DNA of 64,000 nucleotides from Macrostomum lignano (GCA_002269645.1 NIVC01000356.1:372001-436000), one strand, 5' to 3'. Positions 10,775 through 24,300 are shown, counted from the stretch's first letter. Program-made: numbers and translations. The notes: generated by a model from the letters alone, not told the origin.

Positions 10775-13700
10775 GTCGTCGGCGACGACAGGCTGAGCGC
10801 TCCGACCAGCTGTCGATGAACCAGCAAGTCGGCGTATCGACGTATAGGCGAAGTGAAATGCGTGTACACTGGGAACTTCAAAGCGAAATGCCGCCAAGAG
10901 TCCCGATCTGGGTGGTAGCCGGTGCAGATGTACTCGGCCAGGGACATCTGCATGATGGCCAGGGTGGCTGCGAAGCTGCGGAATTGCGGGTCGTCTGACT
11001 GCTCGGCCAGGAAGTCGTTCAGCTTCAGCATGATCTCGGTTGATGAAGCTGCCAGATTGTTGTTGCCGGGCGAGCCGGCCGCTGCTGAGGGTGGGGGGGG
11101 GCGACAGTATCCTATATGCGTAAATAAGATTAACTGGAGGAGGACAAAGGTCAATAGGGTCACTGACGTTGAGGGGGTAGGTCACTGGTACATATGGGTC
11201 ATTGGTATTGATATGCCACTGGTATCCATGGGGTCACTGGTATAGCTAGGTCACTGGTATAGCTAGGTCACTGGTATAGCTAGGTCACTGGTATAGCTAG
11301 GTCACTGGTATAGCTAGGTAACTGGTATAGCTAGGTCACTAGTATAGCTAGGTCACTGGTATTGATGGGTCACTGGTATTGATGGGGTCACTGGTATAGC
11401 TAGGTCACTTGTATTGATGGGTCACTGGTATTGATGGGGTCACTGGTATAGCTAGGTCACTGGTATTGATGGGGTCACTGGTATAGCTAGGTCACTGGTA
11501 TTGATGGGTCACTGCAATTGATGGGGTTACTGTTATAGATGGGGTACTGTTATAGATGGGGTACTGTTATAGATGGGGTACTGTTATAGATGAGGTCACT
11601 GGTATTGATGGGTCACTGGTAAAGATTGGGGTCACTGTATTGATGGGGTCACTGGTATCGGTGGGGTCACTGGTATCCATAGGGTCACTGGTATCCATGG
11701 GGTCACTGGTATTTCTGATATCGCTGAGGGTAACGGGTACCGTGGGTCACAAGGTATCGGCAAGGTAATAAATCTAGCACAAACAAAAGCCACAAACCTT
11801 GCAGAATGGACCTAGCCGCCTTGCTGCCATTCCCAGAATTCTCAGCCCCATCTTCGGCGGACTCAACCACCACCCGGGCCAGCGACACCAGAGTCTCCGC
11901 CAGGCCGCGCGGATCTCTAGGCGGAGGGTGCCGACGGAGCAGGGCCACGTCCGGGGCCTCCTTGACCAGCGTCTCTGCCGCGGCAACGTTGGCTTTGAGC
12001 ATCCACTCTTCGACTAGCTGGTGCGACCATTCAGCATCTTCTTCCTTCATCAGCTGGGGCACACCGTTGACACCGTCCGGGCAGGTGAACTGCAACTTGT
12101 TGGCCACACTGAAGCCGAGGGCGGCCTTCGATAGGCGCTCCTTGCGAAACTTTTTAGCCAACTGATGCAGCTGGCGCAGAGTTGTGCGCACCTGCCGACC
12201 GGAGAAAGGGCTGGACACCTCCGATGGGAGGAACTCGTCCGAGTTGAGCATCTGCTCGGCCTCCTCGTACGATAGACGGCAGCAGGACTTGATGATGGAC
12301 TTTGCGAAGCTGCGGTATTTGAAATTGGATTTAGAAGTGAAGTTAGGCACATACAAGCGTGGCAATACTGTAAGCAGACACGCACTCTACACACGCTCAC
12401 CCAGGGTGTACACAGCGGTCCTGACTTTCTAATCGTCAGACATGTACACTCTCCGTGCCCGTGGGGGTTGGGCCTCATGGGTGGACCAATTTTCGTGCAC
12501 ACAAGCCCCAAGCCGCGCACAGAATCAAACCAAGGGTTCTGCTCCCTAAATAATGCCTAAACAATAATCCTAATGTTCCAGGTAGATTGCCTCGAGAGTT
12601 GACGATAGGAACGGTCTATCCCTATTTAGTTGCGTACTAACCGCACTCAACTCTGCTTAACTTGCAGGACTAGCAACTAAGCAACTCTATTAAGTTAAGC
12701 TAAGTCGGCCGCGGTTAGCACGCAGCTGAAAGGCGCCATATTGAGCTGAGCTGTCGAAATTGAACTCTCACCGGTAACTCTGCACGTCGCCTTTGAGGCC
12801 AATCTGAAAGATGACGGAGAAGGCCAGCTTCTCTTCGCCGGGATGCAGCGAGCAGTAGCCGTTGCTCAACGCCTCTGGCAGCATCGGGATTACCCGCTGA
12901 ACCAGGTAGACTGAGGTGGACCGGCGACGGGCCTCTCGGTCGAGCGCCGACTCTGACGGCACAAAGTGCGACACGTCGGCGATGTGGACGCCCACCTGGG
13001 TTTGAAAAATCGGAAATATCACCCCGCTGCTTGACCTGGTATGACCTTTGCTCGCAGAGCTTCTAACAAAGAAGAAATAATAGAAACCGATCGGAAGCAG
13101 ATTATCTAAAGTAAAAAACCTGGGATTTTGAAGGAAATTGGAGGATCAGGGATTCTAGGAGAAATTGGGGGATCTGGGATTCTAGGGGAAATTGGGGGAT
13201 CTGGGATTCTAGGGGAAATTGGGGGATCTGGGATTCTAGGGGAAATTGGGGGACCTGGGATTCTAGGGGAAATTGGGGGATCTGGGATTCTAAGGAAGAT
13301 TGGGGGATCTGGGATTTTAGGGGGAAATTAGGGGATCTGGGATTCTAAGGGAAATTGGGGGATCAGGGATTCTAGGGGAAATTGGGGGATCTGGGATTCT
13401 AGGGAAAATTGGGGGATCTGGGATTCTAGGGCAAATTGGGGGATCTGGGATTCTAGGGGAAATTGGGGGATCTGGGATTCTAGGGGAAATTGGGGGATCT
13501 GGGATTCTAAGGAAGATTGGGGGATCTGGGATTTTAGGGGAGAAATTAGGGGATCTGGGATTCTAGCAAAGATCAATGGATCTGGGATTCTAGGGGGAAA
13601 TTAGGGGATCCGGGATTCTAGCGAAGATCAATGGATCTGGGATTTAAATAACAAACAAGAGCACCAGGTATTTAGGGAAAATACAGGAACTGGGATTTGA

Positions 13701-16700
13701 TAGGGATAATTTAGGAGCTGAAATTTAGGAAAAACCTGAGGATCTGCGATTTAGGACAACCAGAGGATGGGATTTAAGGAAAACGAAAAAGTCTATGATC
13801 GGATCGGAAACACCATCATTGCAAACTTTTACCTCATAGCAACCGTTTCCATGGGATTTGACGTGCAAAGCGTCGTCCAGATCTCTGGCCGTGGCCGGGT
13901 CAATCGATACAACGCACCGATCGGTGAAATCCTCCCGATCTTTCCTGTCCTGCTTGGTGATGTAGAAAGTCTTGGCCACATCCTCCAGCGCTGCCGGGGG
14001 GAACGGCCGCTCCTCGATGCCAGTCTCCACCAGGATGGCCTGCGTGGCGCCCTCGATGGTGGCCACGTCGGTGTTCAGCGGCAGAACCTCCGCCACTGGG
14101 CGCAGCAGGTGGCTCGGCCAGTCCACCATCTGCGGGGGTTACGTGGATGAAAGAGAGGGCCCAGGGGTCAAAAGGTCACGGGCCTCACAAAGATTCAACG
14201 AGGTTAGGGGCCAAGGTCATGGGCCCCAGTGAGAGGTCAATGAGGTCACGGACTACATACAGTGAGGGGTCAATGAGGTAATAGGCTAAAGATATAATAG
14301 GCTAAAGATAGGGGTCAAGGTCACGGATTACAAATAGTGAGGGGTAAATGAAGTCATGGGGGTTCAGTAAGAGGTCAATGAGATCACGGGGCCTTAGTGA
14401 GGGGTCAATGAGGTCAAAGACCTCAGTGACAGGTCAATGAGGTCATGAGCTAAAGATACAGATCAAGGTCACGGGCTAAGAATAGTGAGGGATCAATGAA
14501 GTCACGGTGGTTCAGCGAGTGGTCGATAAGGTCACTGGGGCTCAGTAAAGGTTTAATGATGTCCAGGGGGCTCAGTAAGGGTTTAATGAGGTCCAGGGGG
14601 CTCAGTAAGGGTTTAATAAGGTCACGAGGGACATTTAAGGGTAATGCAGCCAATTAGCAAACCTTCACAGCCACGGTGTAAGCCTCTCCGGCCAGGCCCA
14701 TGTCCACATTTTTCTGCAGCTGCCGTTTAACCTCCAGGCCCATGAACAGTGGGTGCACCGGCACCAGCATGAGCGGCACCCGGCGGTCGCGCGGCTTGAA
14801 CAGGGCTGCCCGACCGCTGCGGTGCATGGACAGGCTGCCAACGAAGCATTTGTTATTGAATGACGACACAATGCGAACAACTTCGCCCGTCATCACTAAG
14901 CCGGCTTGGCACAGCAAATTAATCTGCTCATGACTCATAAATGGGGAGTCGATATCGACCGGATCCGGGACAATCTCAGCGAGAAAGTTGGGACGGCGTT
15001 TCAATTCCGACTCGACTGTGGGACCGCTCAGGCCCAGGGTCCATTGGCGGATGGGGAGCAGGTGGACCGCCACTTGGTCGCGGTCCAGGGCCCGGTTCAT
15101 GGCCTCGCCTGAGCGGATGGCGATCATCTTGCCCTGCGGGTGATTTGTGGGTCAGCGTGACAGCCAGTGAGTCAGCTAGTGACAGCAGGTGAGTCAGCTA
15201 TAACAGCAGGTGAGTCAGCTAAGGTGAGTCAGCTAGTGACAGCAGGTGAGTCAGCTATAACAGCAGGTGAGTCAGCTAAGGTGAGTCAGCTAGTGACAGC
15301 AGGTGAGTCAGCTATAACAGCAGGTGAGTCAGCTAAGGTGAGTCAGCTAGTGACAGCAGGTGAGTCAGCTATAACAGCAGGTGAGTCAGCTAAGGTGAGT
15401 CAGCTAGTGACAGCAGGTGAGTCAGCTATAACAGCAGGTGAGTCAGCTAAGATGAGTCAGCTAGTGACAGCAGATGAGTCAGCTAAGATGAGTCAGCTAG
15501 TGACAGCAGGTGAGTCAGCTAAGATGAGTCAGCTAGTGACAGCAGGTGAGTCAGCTAAGATGAGTCAGCTAGTGACAGCAGGAATGAAATCCTGATCTAG
15601 CGACAGTTAAAAGTATGAACCAATAAGAAGTACAGAAGAGATCATAGCCTAGCGCACTCACCTGCCACTTGCAGATGGCCAGACTACCAGGATTAATGAC
15701 GGTGAAATAGCATAACATGAGGTGATTAGCTCGCATCCCTTTGCCAAGCATTCTGGCGTCCCAGTGGTCCTTGAAATTCTGCAATTCAATTTTCATATGT
15801 TCTCGGCTATAAGCAACAGAAGGGCCAGTGTGAAACAAGGCAACTCGCTCCAATTTTAATGAAAACATGTAACATGTAAATATGCTCGTACGTGTAACAA
15901 AGAACGCAATTTGTTGAACTAAACCAGACACTAAAACTCGGACAATGCTCTTACAAAACAGCGGGTGTGTTTGTCTAACATTCTCAGCTGACGATCTCTT
16001 GATAATTGCAATGCTTCGAAATCTTTTGCCGTTTCAGTCTGAAGTACTTCGGTAAGATAATATGGTGATTGAATTTCTTCTACTTTTGACTCATCAATGA
16101 GAAGAGTTGGGTAAGTAGGATGAAGATAGGAAAATGGAACTGAGAAGACGGTTCTGATGTGAAGTGCCTTTGGAGTGAGGTGGTTGCGGAGTAAGGTGGG
16201 TGAGGGAGTGAGGTGGTTGAGGGAGTGAGGCGGTTGCGGAGTGAGGTGGGTGAAGGAGTGACGTGAGTGAGGGAGTGAGGTGGGTGAGAGAGTGAGGTAA
16301 ATGAGAGAGTGAGGTGGTTGCGGCGTGAGGTGGGTGAGGGAATGAGGTGGGTGAGGGAGTGAGGTGGGTGAGGGAGTGAGGTGGGTGTGGGAGTGAGGTA
16401 AATGAGAGAGTGAGGTGGTTGCGGAGTGAGGTGGTTGCGGCGTAAGGTGGGTGAGGGATTCAGGTGGTTGCGGAGTGAGGTGGGTGAGGGATTCAGGTGG
16501 TTGCGGAGTGAGGTGGGTGAGGGATTCAGGTGGTTGCGGAGTGAGGTGGGTGAGGGATTCAGGTGGTTGCGGAGTGAGGTGGGTGAGGGATTCAGGTGGT
16601 TGCGGAGTGAGGTGGGTGAGGGATTCAGGTGGTTGCGGAGTGAGGTGGGTGAGGGATTCAGGTGGTTGCGGAGTGAGGTGGGTGCAGATCAAAGCGGGCT

Positions 16701-17661
16701 AGATACGGGCTGCTACAGGCCACTCACAGCGGTCATTCCAGGCACGGTGAGGCCGGCAATATGCGCCAGTTTCTGTTCACGCAGTCGCATCTCGGCGGAG
16801 GTTGGCTCGGGCGCCAATTCGATGAGTCGGTGCTCCGCATCTATGGAACTGATCACCTCCTCGGCGTGGCGCATGTCGGCCTCTTCGACGTCTTCGACTG
16901 CGGTGGCGGTGGCGGAATCGGTTGATTCAGTTAATAAGTCCGGCGACACGGCGCTTGCAAACCGGTTGACGCCGGGCGCTGGGGCCTCCTAAAATCGTGG
17001 CGCATGGATTTTTAATTCTTATCGATAAAAAGCATTACTTTGTCTCACGTACGAACTTTCAGAAGTCAGCGGAATGAGAAGAATCGTCTCAGCGCTGGTT
17101 TCGGGACAATTTCACCAAATCCATTGCGCCAGGGTGCCCGCAGCCCACTTGCAAATATGATTTATTACTTGGTTACAGAAAACCAGCGCTCACCGGCTCA
17201 GCCAGCTGCCCCTCCTTGCCAACCGCTCCGCCGCCCGCCGCAGTCTTGGAGTCCGGAGCAGTCGGCCGCTCGCCCCATCCCAGCGCTGAGCGGATCACGG
17301 ATAGCAGCGGCTTGGAGCCGCCAGCCCCGCTTGCCGAGGACAGCCTCTGCTGCCGGCCGCGCAAGTAGCCGGCGCTGCCGCCTCCGCCAACGACCCCGCC
17401 GCCGCCTTGCCGCGTGTCCGCCCAGGATCGCAAAATCTGCCGGTTCAAAGCTGTCGGCGTTGACGACGAAGTCGAGGACCTTCGGCCGGCGAAGCCACCG
17501 CCGCCGCAGCCGCCGCCAGATGACGAGGCTGGGGCGCGTTGAATAGCGAGCATCCCGCGGCGCCGATGCCAGCAATAGCTGCAGTAAATAACGCTACTGT
17601 TATTATTGTTATAATTAGCAAAGCGCGCATAGCGATAGCATAACGGCGCGCGCCATAGCAT
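8110..17661 (-). CDS. DIS3L2: DIS3-like exonuclease 2 paralog a (RNase II/RNB 3'-5' exoribonuclease, no PIN domain), divergent, ~1190 aa
   Basis: Exons: 17661-17194, 16988-16728, 16038-15955 (least certain), 15778-15662, 15133-14663, 14129-13833, 12995-12772, 12309-11798, 11084-10573, 10122-9745, 8358-8110 (TAG). All phases are compatible. Motifs: [15 protein letters not shown] (CSD1), [14 protein letters not shown] (catalytic Asp cluster), [40 protein letters not shown]. Confidence 0.9.
8445..9700. repeat. 25-26-bp G-rich minisatellite GGGGAGATTAGTGAATGATGGGGTT
   Basis: Fills the last intron of DIS3L2a. Confidence 0.95.
10200..10485. repeat. 22-bp minisatellite GAGACTAGGAACCAGGTCAGGT
   Basis: Intron 10572-10123. 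Confidence 0.93.
11210..11710. repeat. 17-20-bp minisatellite GGTCACTGGTATAGCTA / GGTCACTGGTATTGATGG
   Basis: Intron 11797-11085. Confidence 0.9.
13130..13645. repeat. 27-bp minisatellite GGGGGATCTGGGATTCTAGGGGAAATT
   Basis: Intron 13832-12996. Confidence 0.93.
14210..14640. repeat. Degenerate repeat with GGTCAATGAGGTCA cores
   Basis: Intron 14662-14130. Confidence 0.7.
15155..15580. repeat. 57-bp/36-bp compound minisatellite built on GTGAGTCAGCTA
   Basis: Intron 15661-15134. Confidence 0.93.
16165..16683. repeat. 33-bp G-rich minisatellite GAGTGAGGTGGGTGAGGGATTCAGGTGGTTGCG
   Basis: Intron downstream of the donor at 16727. Confidence 0.92.
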
Positions 17662-17720
17662 TATTGCGCGTCTCGGTCAGAGGCAGAGAGCCGTCCCGCT
17701 GGCAATGAATGGCTGGGAAG

Positions 17721-17729
17721 CTGAAAAAA
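17721..17729 (-). promoter_or_regulatory. Unpaired 3' splice acceptor (TTTTTTCAG) 59 nt upstream of the DIS3L2a ATG; candidate trans-splice site or 5'UTR acceptor
   Basis: Minus strand reads ATCGATTTTTTCAG|CTTCCC...AATAATG. No upstream coding exon is needed. Confidence 0.5.
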
Positions 17730-17779
17730 TCGATAAAATGATTCATGGTATTTTTTTGAAATTGTCAATACTTACACTG

Positions 17780-19765
17780 AGTTTCTAAGTCTTGAGCTTT
17801 GCTAACTGAATATCCTGAGTTTTGCTAACTGAATATCCTGAGTTTTACTAACTGAATGTCCTGAGTTTTACTAACTGAATGTCCTGAGTTTTGCTAACTG
17901 AAGGTCCTGAGTTTTGCTAACTGAAGGTCCTGAGTTTTGCTAACTGAATATCCTGAGTTTTACTAACTGAATATCCTGAGTTTTACTAACTGAATGTCCT
18001 GAGTTTTGCTAACTGAAGGTCCTGAGTTTTGCTAACTGAAGGTCCTGAGTTTTGCTAACTGAATATCCTGAGTTTTACTAACTGAATGTCCTGAGTTTTA
18101 CTAACTGAATGTCCTGAGTTTTGCTAACTGAAGGTCCTGAGTTTTGCTAACTGAAGGTCCTGAGTTTTGCTAACTGAATATCCTGAGTTTTACTAACTGA
18201 ATATCCTGAGTTTTACTAACTGAATGTCCTGAGTTTTGCTAACTGAAGGTCCTGAGTTTTGCTAACTGAAGGTCCTGAGTTTTGCTAACTGAATATCCTG
18301 AGTTTTGCTAACTGAAGGTCCTGAGTTTTGCTAACTGAAGGTCCTGAGTTTTGCTAACTGAATATCCTGAGTTTTACTAACTGAATATCCTGAGTTTTAC
18401 TAACTGAATGTCCAGAGTTTTGCTAACTGAAGGTTCTGAGTTTTGCTAACTGAAGGTCCTGAGTTTTGCTAACTGAAGGTCCTGAGTTTTGCTAACTGAA
18501 TATCCTGAGTTTTGCTAACTGAAGGTCCTGAGTTTTGCTAACTGAAGGTCCTGAGTTTTGCTAACTGAAGGTCCTGAGTTTTGCTAACTGAAGGTCCTGA
18601 GTTTTGCTAACTGAAGGTCCTGAGTTTTGCTAACTGAAGGTCCTGAGTTTTGCTAACTGAAGGTCCTGAGTTTTGCTAACTGAATATCCTGAGTTTTGCT
18701 AACTGAAGGTCCTGAGTTTTGCTAACTGAAGGTCCTGAGTTTTGCTAACTGAAGGTCCTGAGTTTTGCTAACTGAAGGTCCTGAGTTTTGCTAACTGAAG
18801 GTCCTGAGTTTTGCTAACTAAATATCCTGAGTTTTGCTAACTGAATATCCTGAGTTTTGCTAACTGAATATCCTGAGTTTTGCTAACTGAAGGTCCTGAG
18901 TTTTGCTAACTGAATGTCCTGAGTTTTGCTAACTGAAGGTCCTGAGTTTTGCTAACTGAAGGTCCTGAGTTTTGCTAACTGAAGGTCCTGAGTTTTGCTA
19001 ACTGAAGGTCCTGAGTTTTGCTAACTGAAGGTCCTGAGTTTTGCTAACTGAATATCCTGAGTTTTGCTAACTGAATATCCTGAGTTTTGCTAACTGAAGG
19101 TCCTGAGTTTTGCTAACTGAAGGTCCTGAGTTTTGCTAACTGAAGGTCCTGAGTTTTGCTAACTGAAGGTCCTGAGTTTTGCTAACTGAAGGTCCTGAGT
19201 TTTGCTAACTGAAGGTCCTGAGTTTTGCTAACTGAAGGTCCTGAGTTTTGCTAACTGAATGTCCTGAGTTTTTCTAACTGAAGGTCCTGAGTTTTGCTAA
19301 CTGAAGGTCCTGAGTTTTGCTAACTGAAGGTCCTGAGTTTTGCTAACTGAATATCCTGAGTTTTGCTAACTGAAGGTCCTGAGTTTTGCTAACTGAAGGT
19401 CCTGAGTTTTGCTAACTGAAGGTCCTGAGTTTTGCTAACTGAAGGTCCTGAGTTTTGCTAACTGAAGGTCCTGAGTTTTGCTAACTGAAGGTCCTGAGTT
19501 TTGCTAACTGAAGGTCCTGAGTTTTGCTAACTGAAGGTCCTGAGTTTTGCTAACTGAAGGTCCTGAGTTTTGCTAACTGAAGGTCCTGAGTTTTGCTAAC
19601 TGAATATCCTGAGTTTTGCTAACTGAAGGTCCTGAGTTTTGCTAACTGAAGGTCCTGAGTTTTGCTAACTGAAGGTCCTGAGTTTTGCTAACTGAAGGTC
19701 CTGAGTTTTGCTAACTGAAGGTCCTGAGTTTTGCTAACTGAAGGTCCTGAGTTTTGCTAACTGAA
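17780..19765. repeat. 23-bp satellite CTGAGTTTTGCTAACTGAAGGTC, ~86 copies
   Basis: Between ATG7 and DIS3L2a. Copy number is length divided by unit. Confidence 0.96.
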
Positions 19766-20164
19766 TTCAAGATTCGAAGTCCTTGCAAACCTGTAGAATT
19801 ACCTGCTGATCGAGTAATCAGGTAATAAATTTAAGATCAAATTTAATCCGCTATACAGAAAAATTATATCAGGATCAAATGTATCTTGGATGGACCAATC
19901 ATTAACAAAAATCATAGAAACTTTGTCTATGTAGGACAATATTTACAAAAAAACTGAGAAATTTAAACAGAATCATCAATTTACATGAACGAATAAGATA
20001 TGGAAACTGTCTATTACAGATCCTCGTATGCATTATATAATTGCTATGACATAATCCTTAATCTCTAATCCATTATTAAACATATGCAAATTATTTTCTA
20101 AAGTGAATAATATATTTAAAAAAAATTTGATAAGATTTAAAAGATTATCAGAATCCTATAGTTT

Positions 20165-21200
20165 ACTTTGGATGAGACTATTGGGAATCCTAGTTACTAG
20201 GTTGAGATTATCTATGATCCTACTTACTATCGGTGAGATTATCAGGGATCCTAGTTACTATGGGTGAGATTGTCAGGGATCCTAGTTACTTTGGGTGAGA
20301 TTATCAGGGATTCTAGTTACTATGGGTGCGATTATCGGGGATCCTAGTTACTATGGGTGAGATTATCAGGGATCCTTGTTACTATGGCTGAGATTTTCTA
20401 TGATCCTACTTACTATGGGTGAGATTATCGGAGATCACAGTTACTATGGGTGAGATTATCGGGGATCACAGTTACTATGGGTGAGATTATCGGGGATCCT
20501 ATAGTTACTATGGGTGAGATTATCTATGATCCTACTTACTTTGGGTGAGATTATCAGGGATCCTTGTTACTATGGCTGAGATTTTCTATGATCCTACTTA
20601 CTATGGGTGAGATTATCGGGGATCACAGTTACTATGGGTGAGATTATCGGGGATCCTATAGTTACTATGGGTGAGATTATCAGGAATCCTAGTTTACTAT
20701 GGTTGAGATTTCTTATGATCCTACTTACTATGGGTGAGATTATCGGGGATCACAGTTACTATATGTGAGATTATCGTGGATCCTATAGTTACTATGGGTG
20801 AGATTATCTATGATCCTACTTACTTTGGGTGAGATTATCAGGGATCCTAGTTACTATGGTTGAGATTTTCTATGATCCTACTTACTATGGGTGAGATTAT
20901 CGGGGATCACAGTTACTATGGGTGAGATTATCGTGGATCCTATAGTTACTATGGGTGAGATTATCTATGATCCTACTTACTATCGATGAGATTATCGGGG
21001 ATCACAGTTACTATGGGTGAGATTATCGTGGATCCTATAGTTACTATGGGTGAGATTATCTATGATCCTACTTACTATCGATGAGATTATCGGGGATCAC
21101 AGTTACTATGGGTGAGATTATCGGGGATCTCACAGTTACTATGGGTGAGATTATCGGGGATCCGAGTTACTATGGATGAGATTTTCAGGATTCTGTATGG
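20165..21200. repeat. ~30-bp minisatellite GTTACTATGGGTGAGATTATCGGGGATC(ACA/CTA)
   Basis: 3' of ATG7. Confidence 0.92.
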
Positions 21201-21390
21201 TTTACCATGGCTGAGATTACTGGGGATCTATCTCAGTTTATCTAGTAAGGAAGAGATTATCGCGACCCCAGTTTAATAAATTAGGGTAAGATTATCAATA
21301 TCCTAGCTAACAAAGGCTAGCATTATGCAGATCAAAGAGATTAATTACTAATTAGTTGACAGTCACATACAAGTAGAATAAATACAGGCA

Positions 21391-24300
21391 CTAAAAGTCG
21401 TCATCGTCAGCGTCCATCTCCAGCACCTCAACGGACAGCTCAGCCTCGGCATGCAGTTCGGCCAGCCCGGCCACCAGTTCCAGATGAGAGGAATCGTTGA
21501 ATACCTTCAACAAGAAGCCGCGGTAGCCGCCAGACCGATAGGCGGACAAAACGGCATCGGAGCAGGCGGAGCAGCGGTCGAACCGGTGGCCAACAGGCGA
21601 CATCTGGCTGGCGTCGGACAGGAAGCCGCGCATCTGGTGCGGCACCCGGCCCATGGGTGGCCGGTCGTCGTCGGCGGCGGCATCGACATTGTCCGGATCG
21701 ACTGTCGGACCGGCGGGATGCTGCAATGCGGAGACCATCAGCTCCACTAGCAGGCCGGCGGCTATCATGGCCAGGCCGGGCCGGGTCACCGTGCACTGCT
21801 GGTCCAGGGTTCGATCCTGGCTGGAGTTGCCGGGCGCCGTGACGTCCGAGCAGAAATAGCAGCCGTGACGCGAGCCCGGGCCCAGACCGTGTCGCATCAC
21901 CAAGTAGGAATCGAAGCCCAATGCGGCGTTCATCGCCAGCTTGCCAGCGGAGGCGGCCAGCAGAGTTGGCAGCCAGCGGGCCTCCCGACTGTCCAGCAGC
22001 AGGAAAACGACGTCGTGCTCGGCCACGAGCGACTCCAGCTGGGCGACGTCCTGACCGACTGAGGCTTCCTGATCGCGCGGTATGGCGTGGCCCGGCATGG
22101 GGATCTGCGGGGAGAATTGAATGGGGATTTGATAGTGAGATCCTGCCTGACACACTAATTAGATTGATTGACCCATTGATTAGCCTACCTGACCTACTAC
22201 TTGACCCACTGACTAGCCCAATTGACCCACTGACTAGCCTACTTGACCCACTGACTAGCCTAATTGACCCACTGACTAGCCTAATTGACCCACTGACTAG
22301 CCTACTTGACCCACTGACTAGCCTACTTGACCCACTGACTAGCCTACTTGACCCACTGACTAGCCTAATTGACCCACTGACTAGCCTACTTGACCCACTG
22401 ACTAGCCTACTTGACCCACTGACTAGCCTACTTGACACACTGACTAGCCTACTTGACCCACTGACTAGCCTACTTGACACACTGACTAGCCTACTTGACA
22501 CACTGACTAGCCTACTTGACACACTGACTAGCCTACCTGACTCAATGACTAGCTTACTTGACCCACCAGTGACTAGTTTATTTGAGCAGTAACTAGAGAT
22601 GGTCGACACCGATTAGCCACTTGACCTTATTTTCTATTCTAATCCCACTCGACAGTCCCCATTAGCCGGTCTCAACAATGATCATCAGTCAGTACAATAA
22701 AAAAAACCTTCTTACCTGAAAGCACCTCCACTGCGCATTGACGCCGGGGAAGATGTCAATCAAAGCTTTAGCAGCCGCTTCGGCTTTCAATTTGCCGCCA
22801 GGCTGGTGCTGCGAGTCGGCGAAGGTGAACAGGGACTGCCGGACCGGATTAGAATAGGACACCTGGCCGTTGTCAACCAGGGTGATGTTGCGCACGCCCC
22901 AGCCCATCAGCAGGCGGGCAACGTTGCAGCCGAGAGTGCCGGCGCCCAGCAGCAGGCAGCGGGTGGCGGCCAGGCTGCTCAAATTGAGCTCGGGTACGAG
23001 GCGCCAGCGCATGAGCTGCAGGTTGAGATCGACGGCGCTCTCGGCCATTCGGTCGGGACTCAGGCTGGCAGACAGGTCCACGAACCGGGGCTGCAGCACG
23101 GCCCGGCCGGAGCCAGGCAATGGGGATTTCTCCCAGCCTAGGCAGCGGAAAGCTGCACCTGCTGATGAAGCTGCATCGGGGACGCGGACTCGCATCAGGC
23201 GGCTGTGCGAGCAGGTGCGCTGACCTGATTGGAAACGGTCGCTGAAAAGGGGGGTAGCAAGCATTAAAGTGATTGGGAGACAGGTGGACACACAGATTAG
23301 GGGACACGTGGACACATTAGATTAAGAACAGGTGGACACATAGATTAGGAGACAGGTGGACACAGATTAGGACAGGTGGACACATGATTAAGAGACAGGT
23401 GGACACAGATTAGGAGACAGGTGGACACATTAGATTAGGAGACAGGTGGACACATTAGATTAGGAGACAGGTGGACACATAGATTAGGAGACAGGTGGAC
23501 ACAGATTAGGACAGGTGGACACATGATTAAGAGACAGGTGGACACAGATTAGGAGACAGGTGGACACATTAGATTAGGAGACAGGTGAACACACAGATTA
23601 GGACAGGTGAACACACAGATTAGGACAGGTGGACACAGATTAGGAGACAGGTGGATACATAAATTAGGAGACACGTGGACACATTAGATTAGGAGACAGG
23701 TGGACACATTAGATTAGGAGACAGGTGGACACAGATTAGGAGACAGATGGACACAGATTAAAAGAGACAGGTGGACACAAAGACTAGGATACAGGTGGAC
23801 ACACATATTAAGAGACAGGTGGACAGATAGATTAGGAGACAGGTGGACACATAGATTGGAGGACAGGAGGACACATAGACTAGGGGACAGGTGGACACAT
23901 AGTTAGGAGACAGGAGCACACATAGACTAGGATACAGGTGGACACATAGATTAAGAGACAGGTGGACACATAGATTAAGAGACAGGTGGACACGTAGATT
24001 AGGAGACAGGTGGACACATAGATTAGGAGACAGGTGGACACATAGATTAGGAGACACGTGGACACATAGATTAGGAGACACGTGGACACATAGATTAGGA
24101 GACACGTGGACACAGATTAAGAGACAGGAGCACACATAGACTAGGATACAGGTGGACACATAGATTAGGAGACAGGTGGACACATAGATAAGGAGACACG
24201 TGGACACATAGATTAGGAGACACGTGGACACAGATTAGGAGACAGGTGGACACATAGATTAGGAGACACGTGGACACATAGATTAGGAGACACGTGGACA

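Noticed and set aside
17198-17575. Alternative frame (…[21 protein letters not shown]…) as the true DIS3L2a first exon
   Set aside because: It stops before the donor at 17193. The chosen frame splices in phase and shows typical Asn/Gly/Ser codon runs.
21440-22609. Overlapping long ORFs on both strands of ATG7, DIS3L2 and DJ-1 exons
   Set aside because: Expected shadow ORFs of GC-rich coding sequence joined to stop-free repeats; no independent homology.
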